A stretch of 64,000 nt of DNA from Lama glama (lineage: Eukaryota): assembly GCA_028534125.1 (NCBI GenBank), contig CM052832.1:6512001-6576000 (forward strand). Reading direction: 5' to 3'. Shown here one piece after another: positions 12,301-23,113 of the stretch. Both the position numbers and the translations under genes were made by a program. Within the stretch, counting starts at the first letter, position 1; each line of letters starts with the position of its first letter. Under the pieces are notes generated by a model that saw only the letters and a list, made by a program, of their open reading frames with translations, did no database searches and was not told where the DNA came from.

Positions 12301-15300
12301 ACCTATAGCTGTTATGATCTGGAGTAAAATAACGTCTTAATTATCTAGAATTCTTGGAAATTAAAACTGAATACTTTGGCTTTATGAAAATGTATTATCT
12401 CTTCCTTATTTTGCACATTTTTCTGTACACAGATGAAAAATGGTGCTGAACCATGAACCAAATCTGGAAACCTCTGATAGAAAATAAAATAAATATAGTC
12501 AGAAATGCCTGGTGTCAAAGGCCACCTTACCAGTTAGCTAGCTGTGTGGCTTTTACTCAGGCACTAAACTCTGAGTCTCACCAAAAAGATAATATGACAT
12601 ATTTATTGGGCATTGATAATTGCTATCATGCCACATAAGAAATATGCTCACAAATGACGGTCATTGTAGTTAAAATTTATTCTGCACTTATTAAGCACCA
12701 GACTTTTTATATCTATAAGATACATTTTATTCCTGAATACTCCACAAAGTGTGTATTATTATTCCAATTTATATTTGAAGAAACTGAGGCTTAGGAAGGT
12801 TAAGGAACTTGACTAGGGTTACAGAGCTGCAATGTGGTAAGGGCTGGATTTGACTCCCAGGCTATCTGATCCAATGTTCATGTTCTTTACACCAACCTTA
12901 AATATTTTTTTTAACTACTATATCAAACCAAAAATTTCCGACGGTAGAGACAAAGAAGGAAAAATACTGAGGTGATCAGTTAAAACTCAGATATTTCTGG
13001 ACCCCAATAGTTAGTTCTTTCCATGTATCCAGCCAAGGCATCACTTCACCCCACTAGGTAGTAATTAGAAGTTGGTACAAGATGGCAGCATGGGCTCTGG
13101 GATTCTGTAAACTACTTGGCTAAGTCAGAGTGGTACCCTTTCCTCCTCTATGGTACATATTACTTATCTCCCTGTTTGGAAGGGGAGCCTGGACTGCCGC
13201 AGCCCAACCTCCTTTTCCACGGAGTCAGCTAGAGGGGCAGCAGAGCCCAGGGCAGCCCCATACCCTCCTGCACCTGTGTTTCAGCCGCACGTGTGCAGTG
13301 TTCAGAGAAGCAGACCTCACTGTCCTCAGCTCAGGGTGTCCTGCACTTTCCCTCTTTCCTGGGAAAGGTCGGTCAGTCTGTCTGTCTGTCTGCCTATCTG
13401 TCTCTCTCTCTATCTGCAACATCTGCCCTTTTCCCAGGGGAAACTGGCTAAGTGGTGTTTTAATAAACTGTTGAACAGGAGGTCCTTTGAAGAAAGGCAG
13501 ACTTTGACAATACAGAGTAATGCAATCAGAGGGTTTTATATCACAACACTATTGAAAAAAAAAAGTCCTTAAAGTTGGGAAAAGAGGAGGAGCAGAATTA
13601 CATAGGGAAGTAGGAACAATCCGCAAGGTCAACCTTGCTGTTTCCCTTCTTTTGGGGAGAGAGGGGAGGAAAGCAAGCTTTCTGGCGCCTGATGAGCCAG
13701 GCACTCTGTCACGAAAACCACCTGAGATCGCCCCTTTTAAAGATGAAGACACAGAGACTGCAAGTGTTAAGTGACTTCCACAACGCCAAGCCACAGTGGC
13801 ACACCTGGAATTCACACCAGGGCAAATGCTAATATGAGAGGCTTTGTCTGGTCAGCTGCAGTAGAGGACAGGCCTAGCTACTGGCTGGGAGAGCAGCAGA
13901 GAGTTAGGCACAGGTAGTTGGTCGGGTAGAGAGCACCACATACACCTCATCAGGCAAAGAAAAGGTCCATCTTAGCTCTCCTCTTAGCGAGCATCACTTC
14001 CAAATGCAGAGAGTCAGGGTTAACGTCCTCACTGAACGCTGGGGGACAAAAATGGGTAAGTCATGAGGGAAATGTTCAAAGCATGACGGTGGCAAGAGGG
14101 CACGGAAAGGTACCCGCTAGTCGGAGAACTTACCGCAGTGGTTTTCCTTCAAGTTTCCTCTTTCCTTCCATCTGCATCTGAACCTTCACTAGGTCAGTTG
14201 GGTTGGCTAAAAATTGGCCAACAACACCAGCCATCATCCCTCCGATCACTGATTTCCTAGTTAGAAAAGGAGATACATTTGTTTAAAAGGTTGCTATCAA
14301 TTTCACACATTTTGTAGGGAAAAGTACCACGCTGTACAGCCTCTACATGAGAGACTGAAGACAAAGTGAAGCAAAGGAGAGATCCAGATAAACAACAAAG
14401 GAAAACAGATCGTTTGTCTGTTTACTGAGGGCGGGGGTCAAGGACCACAAGGAGTCAGAATTCACATCTGACCTTCAGGGGCCTTCCATGGCCTGAAATG
14501 CAAAGAAAGGACAGTTGCTTCAAAGATATAATTTAATTGCCATTTAATTCTGACCATAGGGGAATAGAAACAGCACTGATGTGATCAGTCTAACAGACAA
14601 AGGCTGGCAAGTCCAATTTTATAGAGGCCTGTTTGAGTAGCTTTCCAAAGTGAAGGGGTTTTGAGAATGGTCCTCTCTTTGAAGAAACTCTTTCTGCCCT
14701 GGGGCTCTTCCTCCTCCTCGCCTCGCGGAGCCAACAGTGACCAAGTCTGAACAAGTGTGCTTGAACATGTGAAGCCTTCCTCCTCCCCCCACTCCAGTTC
14801 CTCTCCGCTCCCGCCAGGCCCCGGTCATCTTCTGCCTTGATTACGGCAGCGGTCTCTTGTGGGGGAAGGGGTAGTTTCTCTCCTTCTACTCTAAAACAAT
14901 GTTTTAAGAGACACAAAGGGCTACAGGGTAGAAAAGGGCCCCTCTCCCCAGCTCCTCCCTTCTGAAGTCATCACAACGGCTAGCTTCTCTTTTACCTTTC
15001 TAGAGGCAGTAATGATGCATCCACCGAATGCTTATTACGTCTGGCACTGTTTTAAGCATTTTGAAAACTATCATTTAATTCTCTTATCAACCCTGTGACA
15101 TTAGCACTACTGTGATTTCCTCTTTAAAGATAAGGGAACTGAGGCACAAAGCAGCTAAATGACAGCTAGTATAGACAGTGAGTCTATACTATACTATACT
15201 GGGAGCCCCCAGCAGCCTGAGCGCAGAGCCCACTGTCTTAAACACTAAGTTACAAGTGATGGTTAGTGCACACGGGAACATACATGCATAAATCATCTTT

Positions 15301-17876
15301 TTTTTAAAACTAAAATACAGCATGCCAGATTGTATACTGTTCTGCACTTTGATTTTTTTCCCCCTAATAGTATGTCTTAAAGGTTATCCCTGTGGGTTCA
15401 TATAGAGCTGCCTCATTTGAAAAATAGTTCCATAGCATCCCATTTTGTGATTTCTCTATAATTTATATAATGAGCTAGCTTTTCACTAAGACATTTGAAC
15501 GTTTACATGGCATTTGATAGATCCTGCCAAATTCATTTCCATAGCACTTGTACCAGCTCACACCCCCACCAGTAACCTGTGAGCGTGACTGTTCCTCCCC
15601 ATTGCTTTTTCCTGTTGGGAATCTCATAACCACTCCCTCCTATGACTGTTACATAATTCTAATTGTTTGGGCATCTGTCTCTCTTATCCTGAGCCCAGTG
15701 ACAGCAGGGACCGTGTCTTTTTCATCACCATAGCCTCACCGCGAAGTACAGGACTGGCATGGCGTAAACAATAAATATCTCGTGACTGAATGAATTGTTC
15801 TGACAGGGTCAAAGGACAGGGAGCCAGCCCACCCTGAGACGTGACTTCACAGTGACATATTTCCTTCCGGCTCCTCACCTATACCTTTCTCTTCTGGAAG
15901 GAATTACAAAATACAAAGACTACTCATCTATTCCTTTCCAACTCTGGGAAAGCAATTATATAATGTATAGCTTAGTACATTACAATTTTTCAAAAATAGG
16001 TAATAGATTTTGCCTGGAAGGCGAAATTCTACTTACTGCCCTTTTCTTATAGTCGAGACTTGGATTTGTTTTTTTAAGCCCAGAAAAGATACTGTATCTT
16101 TGTATGTTAGTCATATAAAACCTACCCCATTCTTTCAATAGCTGTGTTATGTTTCCTTGTATAGATCTGTCATAACTTATTTGACAGCTTCCAAATTGAT
16201 AGTTACTTAAGGTTAAAATGTTTGCTATTATCAACACTGCTACAGTCAATATCTCTGTGTGTGTGTGTGTGTGTGTGTGTCTTTATGCAGATACAAATAT
16301 TTCTGACTGATTATAATCATAAAGAAGGTGTTGCTAGGTCAAAGGATTACACATTTTAAAAATTTAACATGTATTTTATGCTCCAAAAAGTTTATAATAA
16401 CTTATATTCCCATTAGCGGTTTAGCGGCTAAAAGTAGTTTTAGCTTATTTCCCTGATGATTGGTGAGGTTGAACGTGTTTACATGTGTAATGAACATTTA
16501 TATTTCTTCTTTTGTGAACTGCTTGTTGATATGCTTTCTCTTCTTTTGTGTTCTTTTATTGACCTATGGAAGTTCTGTATATTTTATTTAAAAATAACCT
16601 ATTTTTGTTTCTTTTATAAATGTTATAAGTGATATGCACTTCCATGTATCATCTCATCTAATCCTATAAAAAAACAAAGCCTGGTGGGAGGTGTCACTTC
16701 CACAGCGGAGAAAACCGAAGATAAAAAGGTGAAGCAGTTTGTCCAGGCAACACAGTCGTAGATGAGGAATTTGAGCCCATCTTTGACTCTAAACTCTAGG
16801 GTTTCTGAGTAGAAAGAGGAATAAAGAAGGTGCTCTATAAGAATCCTTTAAATTTTAACATATTAAGTGACATAATTTTTATACGTTTGTACACAGTGTG
16901 CGGTAAATGCTCAGTTATTTGGATTTCTATTGTAATTGTCATTTTAGGCCTGTCACATGAAGCAGTTTTGGTACAAAGGCACAATTTTATACAAATCTAG
17001 TGGGTAAACAGTAAAGATTTTGGGGCAAGGGTACATTCCTTTCTCTTTTTTAATTGAAGTATAGTTGGTGTACAATATTAAATAAGTTACCAGTGATTAC
17101 AAGTTACAATATACTGGTCACAATTTTTAAAGGCTATGCTCCACTTATAGTTACTATGAAATATTGGTTGTGTTCCCCATGTTGTACGATACAGTACGTT
17201 ATTTTCAGAACAAAACTTACCAAAGGGGATAATGCTTATCTTCACCTTTGCCAAACACAACCTCACGGAGATGTTCGTAAGTGACCATTCGCCCTCCAGA
17301 GTACACTGTGCAAAACAGATCATTGAAAGGGTGAGCTCAGCCTTATGTTTAATACACTAAGAGGACGTTTTGACTTGGCCTAGTTGATCTCCCTGGCTGT
17401 GTCTTTCTCTCATGAACCCTGTACTTTTCTTTTTTTTTTAATTGAAGTTTAGTTGATTTACAATGTTGTGTTAGTTTCTGGTGTACAGCACAGAGATTCA
17501 GTTATACACATATATATTCTTTTTCATTATAGGTTATTACAAGACACTGAATGTAGTTCCCTGTGCTGTATATTAGGACCTTGTTGTTTATTTTATATAT
17601 AGTAGTTTGTATCTGCTAATCCCAAACTCCTTATTTATCCCTAAGTAACCATAAGTAATGATAAGTTTGTTTTCTATGTCTGTGAGTCTCTTTCTGTTTC
17701 ATAAATAAGTTCATTTGTATCATTTCTTATTTTAGATTCCACATATATGCAATATCATATGATATTTGTCTTTATCTTTCTGACTTACTTCATTTAGTAT
17801 GATGATCTCTAGGTCTACTCATATTGCTGCAATTGGCATTATTTCATTCTTTTTTTATAGCTGAGCAGTATTCCAT

Positions 17877-17923
<47 letters not shown>

Positions 17924-20900
17924 ATACACATACTGCATATTTTTTACCGAAGCATCTGTCGATGGACATTTAGGTTTCTTCAGTGTCTTTACCCTATTCT
18001 TCTGACACATGGTCTCTTGCTGTTTCTCCAAATGTGCATGCCTTTTAAAGCCTCAGGCCTTCTCAGATGCTGTCTGATCTTTCTTGAATGGATTCTCCCT
18101 TCTCTGCTTTGCTAACCCCTCCAACTCTTTCAAGATTCAACTCGAATAACATGTTTTCCAGAAAGGGCCCACGGACCTTGCCCCCAGGGTTCTGGGCTGC
18201 CGTTGCCCCTGCTGTGCTCCTCCTCTGTCCCCCTGAACTACCCAGGCGTACGTCCAATACAGCGTTTATCACGTTGATTAGAGATTCACTTGATTTTCTT
18301 GCTCATCTTTGCATCAGAGTGCGAGCTTTACCAGGCAGGTTTTGTGTATTTTCCTGTACTCTATATGCCTTAGTACAGAGCTTGGTACACAGAAGGCATT
18401 TTCATTCAATATTATATGAAGGTAATTTTTCAGTCAAGTGTCAAACAATATGAAATGAATCTTAACTATAAAACCACAAAATACAAATGAAGAGAAGTGA
18501 AGCTCAAAAGGATAATGGGAAGCAAGGAGAAAGTATTTCTTAAAGAGGAAAAATCATTAAAACCAGTACATGGTATTCATATGGAGAGCTTTTCTTGATA
18601 TTTCAGGAAGTTTAATGCAGTATTTTAAGATACTCCGAAACAGACGAAGTACCAGAACAGTAACAGTCTAATCACACTTCTGGATAGTCCTTGATGAATA
18701 CACTCTAACGTGCTCATTTGGAAAATTGAGGCTTTAAAAAATACAAAACTGGTAAATAACTGTGCCAGCACTTTTCTGATCAAGGGTCCCTACGTACTTG
18801 AGGGTCCATTATGAACAGAGAAGAGAAAGATGTCACACCCGTCCTCCCTCCTTTGGAAGCCAAGTTTATGTTCCCCTGTCCACAAGCTGAAAACCGAACA
18901 AGTCCTGCCTCGGTAATGCCCCTTTGGAAGCAGGGCACAAAAGCGTTCTCACCGCTAAGAATGTAGTCTCAGCTATTTTCCTCTCAGAGTGACTCATGGC
19001 CCACACAAGCAGCCTGGGGAACTGAGGCCCAAGTCCCCAGGGTTGTATTTGTCCTGTTGCCAGCGTGGGATTAGACGGTCCTCCCTGTCCTCTTTCCGAT
19101 CAGCTTGGTCTCTGACGTAGGGGACAGAGACTGGTGAGATCTGGCCTTGCATGCCAATGTATTTTAATTTTCAAAGAATGTCACAAAAAATTTAAATGTG
19201 GTTTCTCAAGTGGAAAAAAATCAATTATTCCTTTTTTTCTTAAGTGTAAAAAAAACTTTTTCTTAGGAAAAATTTTCAAACATACAAATAATACAGTTCC
19301 CACTATATCTAGCATGGAGATTTATCACTTGCTAACATTTTCACCATATTTGCTTCATTTTTTTTTTGCTTAATTATTTTAAAGTGTATTACAGACATCA
19401 TGACATCATGACAGTTCATCCCCAAGAACTTCTGTATGCATTTCTAAAACCCTAAGGCAATAATTGGTAGTTAAGAGACTGTATATTCATTCATGACCTT
19501 ACTAGAAGACAGCTAGCTGGCTTTTGGACACAGCTCAACAGAAAAGCAAAGGAGACAAGCACAGAACTCTGAGCAAGCTTACCGGCTAGAATCAAGATAA
19601 ATACCTATGTGTCTGTAAATGGCGGGGGTCACTCCTTGCCAGAGCTTTAGGAAGCCTTCCTCTTGGACGATCCCGAGCGCCGTGCGTACCATGCCCCTGT
19701 AAGGAGCAGCCTCTCCCGCGCCACCTCCCAGCCGAGCAAGGGCAGCTTCTCCTTGTATCTGGAGTCGAGTTTTTGTGAGATCGAGGGGAAAGGTTGCTAA
19801 CAACAAAAACAAAACAAAACAAGAGGGAAACCCGTAACATTTAGAGAAACAAACACAAATTCTGAAAATCGCAGGACCCATATTTTAGTCGCCACAAGAT
19901 GAGTGTTCTCAAATTTTGGAACACATCAGAATCAGAGGAGGAGATGGTTAAAATTACAGATTTCCTAGCCCCACATCTGTGGAGTCTTAGTAGGTGGATG
20001 GGGGTTTAGAAGCCAACTGATTCTTATGCACTCCCAAAGTCAAGAATCACTGTCCCAGAGCAGCCCCAGGGCACCAGAAAGCGGGGGTGGGGGGTGGGGG
20101 TGGGGTGACAAGTCTTGGGTTCTTTTCAGTGAGAAATTTCAGTCTAAAATCTGCTTTTGTCCTCAAGTTTTGCTTTCCAATGGGAATCATTTCAGGTATC
20201 CATAGTCTGTGATGTCCCCTTGACTGCAACCATAATTAAGATCCAGTGTGACTTTTAGAATACTGTGCAGGTTCTTAATAAATGCCAGATGAAGCTGAAT
20301 CTGTCATTTCATGAGTGATGTTCACATGTGGATGAATCACTGACCTGATGTTTGAGATACACAAGATGAAATATAGAGTTTATAATGTCTTTTATATGCA
20401 AGGGTGGCAAGCTCAAAATTCTTTCAGTTAAGGCATATATTGAGTTGTTCTTCCAGCGCCGATGAGTTTTATGCATGGCCACCTTACAGAGTACCAAATG
20501 TACTTGAAAAACTTTTCCCTAATGATTACATCTTAGAGATAGACCTTTTCCTTAAAACAGAGTGAAGCTAACTGCTCCTTCCTTCATAAGGAAGATCAAG
20601 CTCATAACTATATATACACGATGATTCAGATAAGTTCATGAACATTATTGACATTATATGTCTTGTCAGTGACCACCACCTGATACAAAACCGTAACAAT
20701 GCCTTTCTGTAAAGAACACAGAGTCAGGGGAAGAGCTTATTAAATCTTATCACTGGTCTTTGGAAAAGTTGGTATCTTGCTGATAGTTTTCCTGCAACAG
20801 AAGTGGCGTACGTATAGAGAATTTAAGCAATGCTTTATTGACATGTGAAACCTTAAGAGTCTTAAGATAGAGGCACCTCTATATTAGCATAGGTTATGCC

Positions 20901-22346
20901 TCTCAAAATCATTTTGGTTTTCTTGCTGGTTAATTAAATAATGCTTTAGGTTCTGATCCTAAATTGTTTTTACACAAAACATGTCATATTTCGATTCCCT
21001 GGCCTCCCATCCCCAGCCTCCACACAATTCTTAACAGGAGGAATGTTCCTTTACAAAAGCCATTGGTCATAGGGGCAAACATCAGGTTAAAAAAAAAAAC
21101 CTGGAAATATATCTAATCATTCATCAGTCTGCTTTTAGAGTTAAAAGTTGATGAACTGTATTTCAGTAAAAACAATAATAAAAATTCTATATCAGCTTTG
21201 GGAGAAGAGATGAAAAGAGAGAGCCCAAAGAGCCAGAGTGGAGGCGCACAAAGGGCAAAACAACAGATCATGTGCTGGCTCTGCTGGAAATATGAAGTTA
21301 ACTCATGTTAGAACAGGACAAACTTAACATTTACAAATGATTTAACACATCAGAGCTACTGCTTTTTTTTTCTTTTAATGGGCAAGAAAATGAAAGAGTA
21401 ATCTTAAAATGCACAATGAAGAACACAGGGATGCGACTCACAAAATCCTTGGACTAAATACCTCCTGTTTGTGCAAGGGCATCATAATTCTGCTCTAAAA
21501 CTTAAGGTAGCCCTTTAAGTTTTCCTTGACTTGCTTATGCAGATGTAACTGTCTTCTGTGCTCTTATGATACTTAATAACACCTTATAATAAGGAGTATA
21601 ATGTAATTGTTTCTGCATGTCTCCCCACCAGCCTGTTAGCTCAAGGCTGGGTCATTTTAAGGATACCTCCATAGTCCTCAGCATTGTAATTGTAAGTCTC
21701 AATTAACGGTGCCCTGCGTTTAGATTTAGCGTTTATATATTACTAACTTCTCAGACTCCTGCAAGGTAAACACAGTACAGATGAGTTAAGCTCAAAGAGG
21801 TCAACTGGCAGATATTGAGAGGATGCTGCGTAAGTGATAGGTTAAGAGCTTAAGTCCCACAAGTTGGGTGTTAAGAATATAAACAACAGACATGATCTCA
21901 AGAAGGATGAAGAGTGGACTGTGGTATTAGAAAGGTCATCCTCACGAAAGGGAAAATGATTCCTCTAGAAAGAAATGACAGCTCATGAAGCTTCTAAAAG
22001 GACACAATGAGGCGTAATAGCACACAGGAGGGGGACGACATTGGAAGAGCCCTTCGTGACCTCCAATCTCTCCTCCTCACAAGGCTGGCCTTGCCACCTA
22101 CCCCGCCACACCTGCCCGCGGGACAGGTGTGGACCGAGAGGGCTGCATCCACCTGGAAACCAAGCCACCCGCCGGGTGCCCCACCCCCGCGCGGCCCCTC
22201 GACGACTCGCGGGGGAGGCCCAGGCCGGGCGGCCGGGTACCTAGCTCGGCCACGGTGGCCGCACAGCCCGACAGGAGGAACTTGCTCGCGCGGGGCCATC
22301 TCTGGGTGAGCGGCAGGAGCCTCTCCTCATCCTCTGGAGCCGACAT
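3268..22346 (-). CDS. SLC25A27: Mitochondrial uncoupling protein 4 (UCP4), spliced CDS exons 1-8 (300 aa); final coding exon lies left of the window
   Basis: Exons of 106,192,85,123,113,85,93,103 nt join in frame with GT-AG introns; protein [27 protein letters not shown]...FLPSWLRM; three carrier signatures [24 protein letters not shown]. Confidence 0.97.
3661..4068 (+). mobile_element. 5'-truncated L1 (3' UTR) with target-site duplication
   Basis: ctaagtgaag...tatgatatcacttatacgtggaatctaaaa...A-rich tail; flanked by aaatcaaatgacccatgtta (3641-3660) and aaagcaaattacccatgtta (4069-4088). Confidence 0.88.
4420..4512 (-). CDS. SLC25A27: UCP4 exon 7
   Basis: [34 protein letters not shown] acceptor, GTAGAT donor. 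Confidence 0.96.
8228..8327. other. Assembly gap (100 N) in SLC25A27 intron 6
   Basis: Run of exactly 100 N. Confidence 0.99.
8475..8559 (-). CDS. SLC25A27: UCP4 exon 6
   Basis: [32 protein letters not shown] acceptor, GTAAGA donor. Confidence 0.96.
8745..8890 (+). mobile_element. MaLR (MLT1-like) LTR 3' fragment
   Basis: ctgaatccagcaatgctgaaag...gttgagattctgtcactt...aaaagttcctg resembles MLT1J/K ends. Confidence 0.55.
9060..10300 (-). mobile_element. L2 LINE fragments
   Basis: tcattcaccaaatatctgagtgcctaccatgtg start; purine-rich antisense L2 body. Confidence 0.7.
10500..11140 (-). mobile_element. L2 LINE fragment
   Basis: cattgattcattcatgaaatgtttattga tail followed by antisense L2 body. 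Confidence 0.6.
11210..11600 (-). mobile_element. L1 3' UTR fragment
   Basis: ttttttaattgaaatatagttgat...ttagattccacattaagtgagatcatatg...cttatttcactttgcataa. Confidence 0.85.
12113..12225 (-). CDS. SLC25A27: UCP4 exon 5
   Basis: [40 protein letters not shown] acceptor, GTAATG donor. Confidence 0.96.
12680..12900 (-). mobile_element. MIR SINE
   Basis: gaagaaactgaggcttaggaaggttaaggaacttg...ggatttgactcccagg. Confidence 0.75.
14134..14256 (-). CDS. SLC25A27: UCP4 exon 4
   Basis: [44 protein letters not shown] acceptor, GTAAGT donor. Confidence 0.96.
16256..16280. repeat. (TG)12 microsatellite
   Basis: Direct reading. Confidence 0.95.
17221..17305 (-). CDS. SLC25A27: UCP4 exon 3
   Basis: [32 protein letters not shown] acceptor, GTAAGT donor. 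Confidence 0.96.
17425..17990 (-). mobile_element. L1 3' UTR fragment with internal (CA)n expansion
   Basis: Poly-T head, ttgaagttttagttgatttacaatgttgtgttagtttctggtgtacagc...gatggacatttagg. Confidence 0.88.
17881..17916. repeat. (CA)18 microsatellite
   Basis: Direct reading. Confidence 0.95.
19605..19796 (-). CDS. SLC25A27: UCP4 exon 2
   Basis: [64 protein letters not shown]; acceptor TTAG, donor GTATTT. Confidence 0.96.
19901..20052. mobile_element. MER5-type hAT-Charlie MITE
   Basis: agtgttctcaaa...catcagaatca...ctgattcttatgcac...agaatcactg. Confidence 0.65.
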
Positions 22347-22936
22347 TCAGCAGCAGCGCGGGGCGGCAATACGCCCCTTCCGGCCCGCGCCCCACGCCGC
22401 GGCTGGCCTGCCACCCAGCCAGGGCGGCCCCTCCTCAGCCGGCGAGCGGCGAGGCGGGGACCATTACCCTCGCTCGGCCAGGCGGGCCCGGCGAACCCGC
22501 AGCCTCCCTAGCAGCCCCAGGCTTGAGCAGTCCAGCGAGCAGCGAGCGGAAAACGACGCGAAGCTCGCGAGGCTGCTGGGAAGCGTTATCCGCGCGGCTC
22601 CGCCCCCCACGGATCGAGTTCTCTGATTGGCCGAGAGGGCTGCTCCGCCCGCCCCGGTCTCCGGGGCAACGGCGCTGTTCTCCACCCCCTGCACCCGCGC
22701 CAGCTGGGCCCAGACTTGAAAAAGAAGTGGAGGTGGGAGGGAGCGATGATGCAAAAGTTAGTTAAAAATTGGGGTGGGGAAAGGAGGCTACAGATACGAA
22801 GAGGAGCAAGCTGTATAAGTTGCCAGAGCGGAAAGGCTGGAAAGTCCGGTGGGGCCCCTGTTCCGGGACGAAGAAACAAGTACCACGACAGCAGGAGTTT
22901 CCCCTTCTCTGATTCAGGAAGGTGCTGGACAGAAAC
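22090..22936. promoter_or_regulatory. CpG island / shared bidirectional promoter of SLC25A27 and CYP39A1
   Basis: GC- and CpG-dense; GC boxes CCGCCC at 22600-22605 and 22645-22654; CCAAT box (CTGATTGGCC) 22623-22632; palindrome CTCGCGAG 22564-22571; divergent ATGs at 22346 and 22937. Confidence 0.88.
22241..22346 (-). CDS. SLC25A27: UCP4 coding exon 1
   Basis: [35 protein letters not shown]; in-frame TGA directly before ATG; donor TAG|GTACCC. Confidence 0.96.
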
Positions 22937-23113
22937 ATGGAATTCATTTCCGCAACAGTGATTATAATCCTAGGTTGTGTCGCTCGTTTATTATTCCTTC
23001 GGTGGAGGAACTTGCGTGGACCCCCATGCATAGGAGGCTGGATTCCTTGGATTGGAGCTGGATTTGAGTTTGGGAAAGCCCCTCTAGAATTTATAGAGAA
23101 AGCAAGAATCAAG
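22937..23113 (+). CDS. CYP39A1: CYP39A1 coding exon 1
   Basis: [66 protein letters not shown] Kozak; AAG|GTATGT donor. Confidence 0.96.

Noticed and set aside
15167..15191. 10-bp perfect hairpin TAGTATAGAC/GTCTATACTA
   Set aside because: Too short, inside a MIR remnant, no RNA-gene context
21983..22879. Many overlapping ORFs on both strands around the promoter (e.g. 22129-22626, 165 aa)
   Set aside because: Expected from stop-codon scarcity in a CpG island; Pro/Arg/Gly/Ala-rich with no recognisable domain
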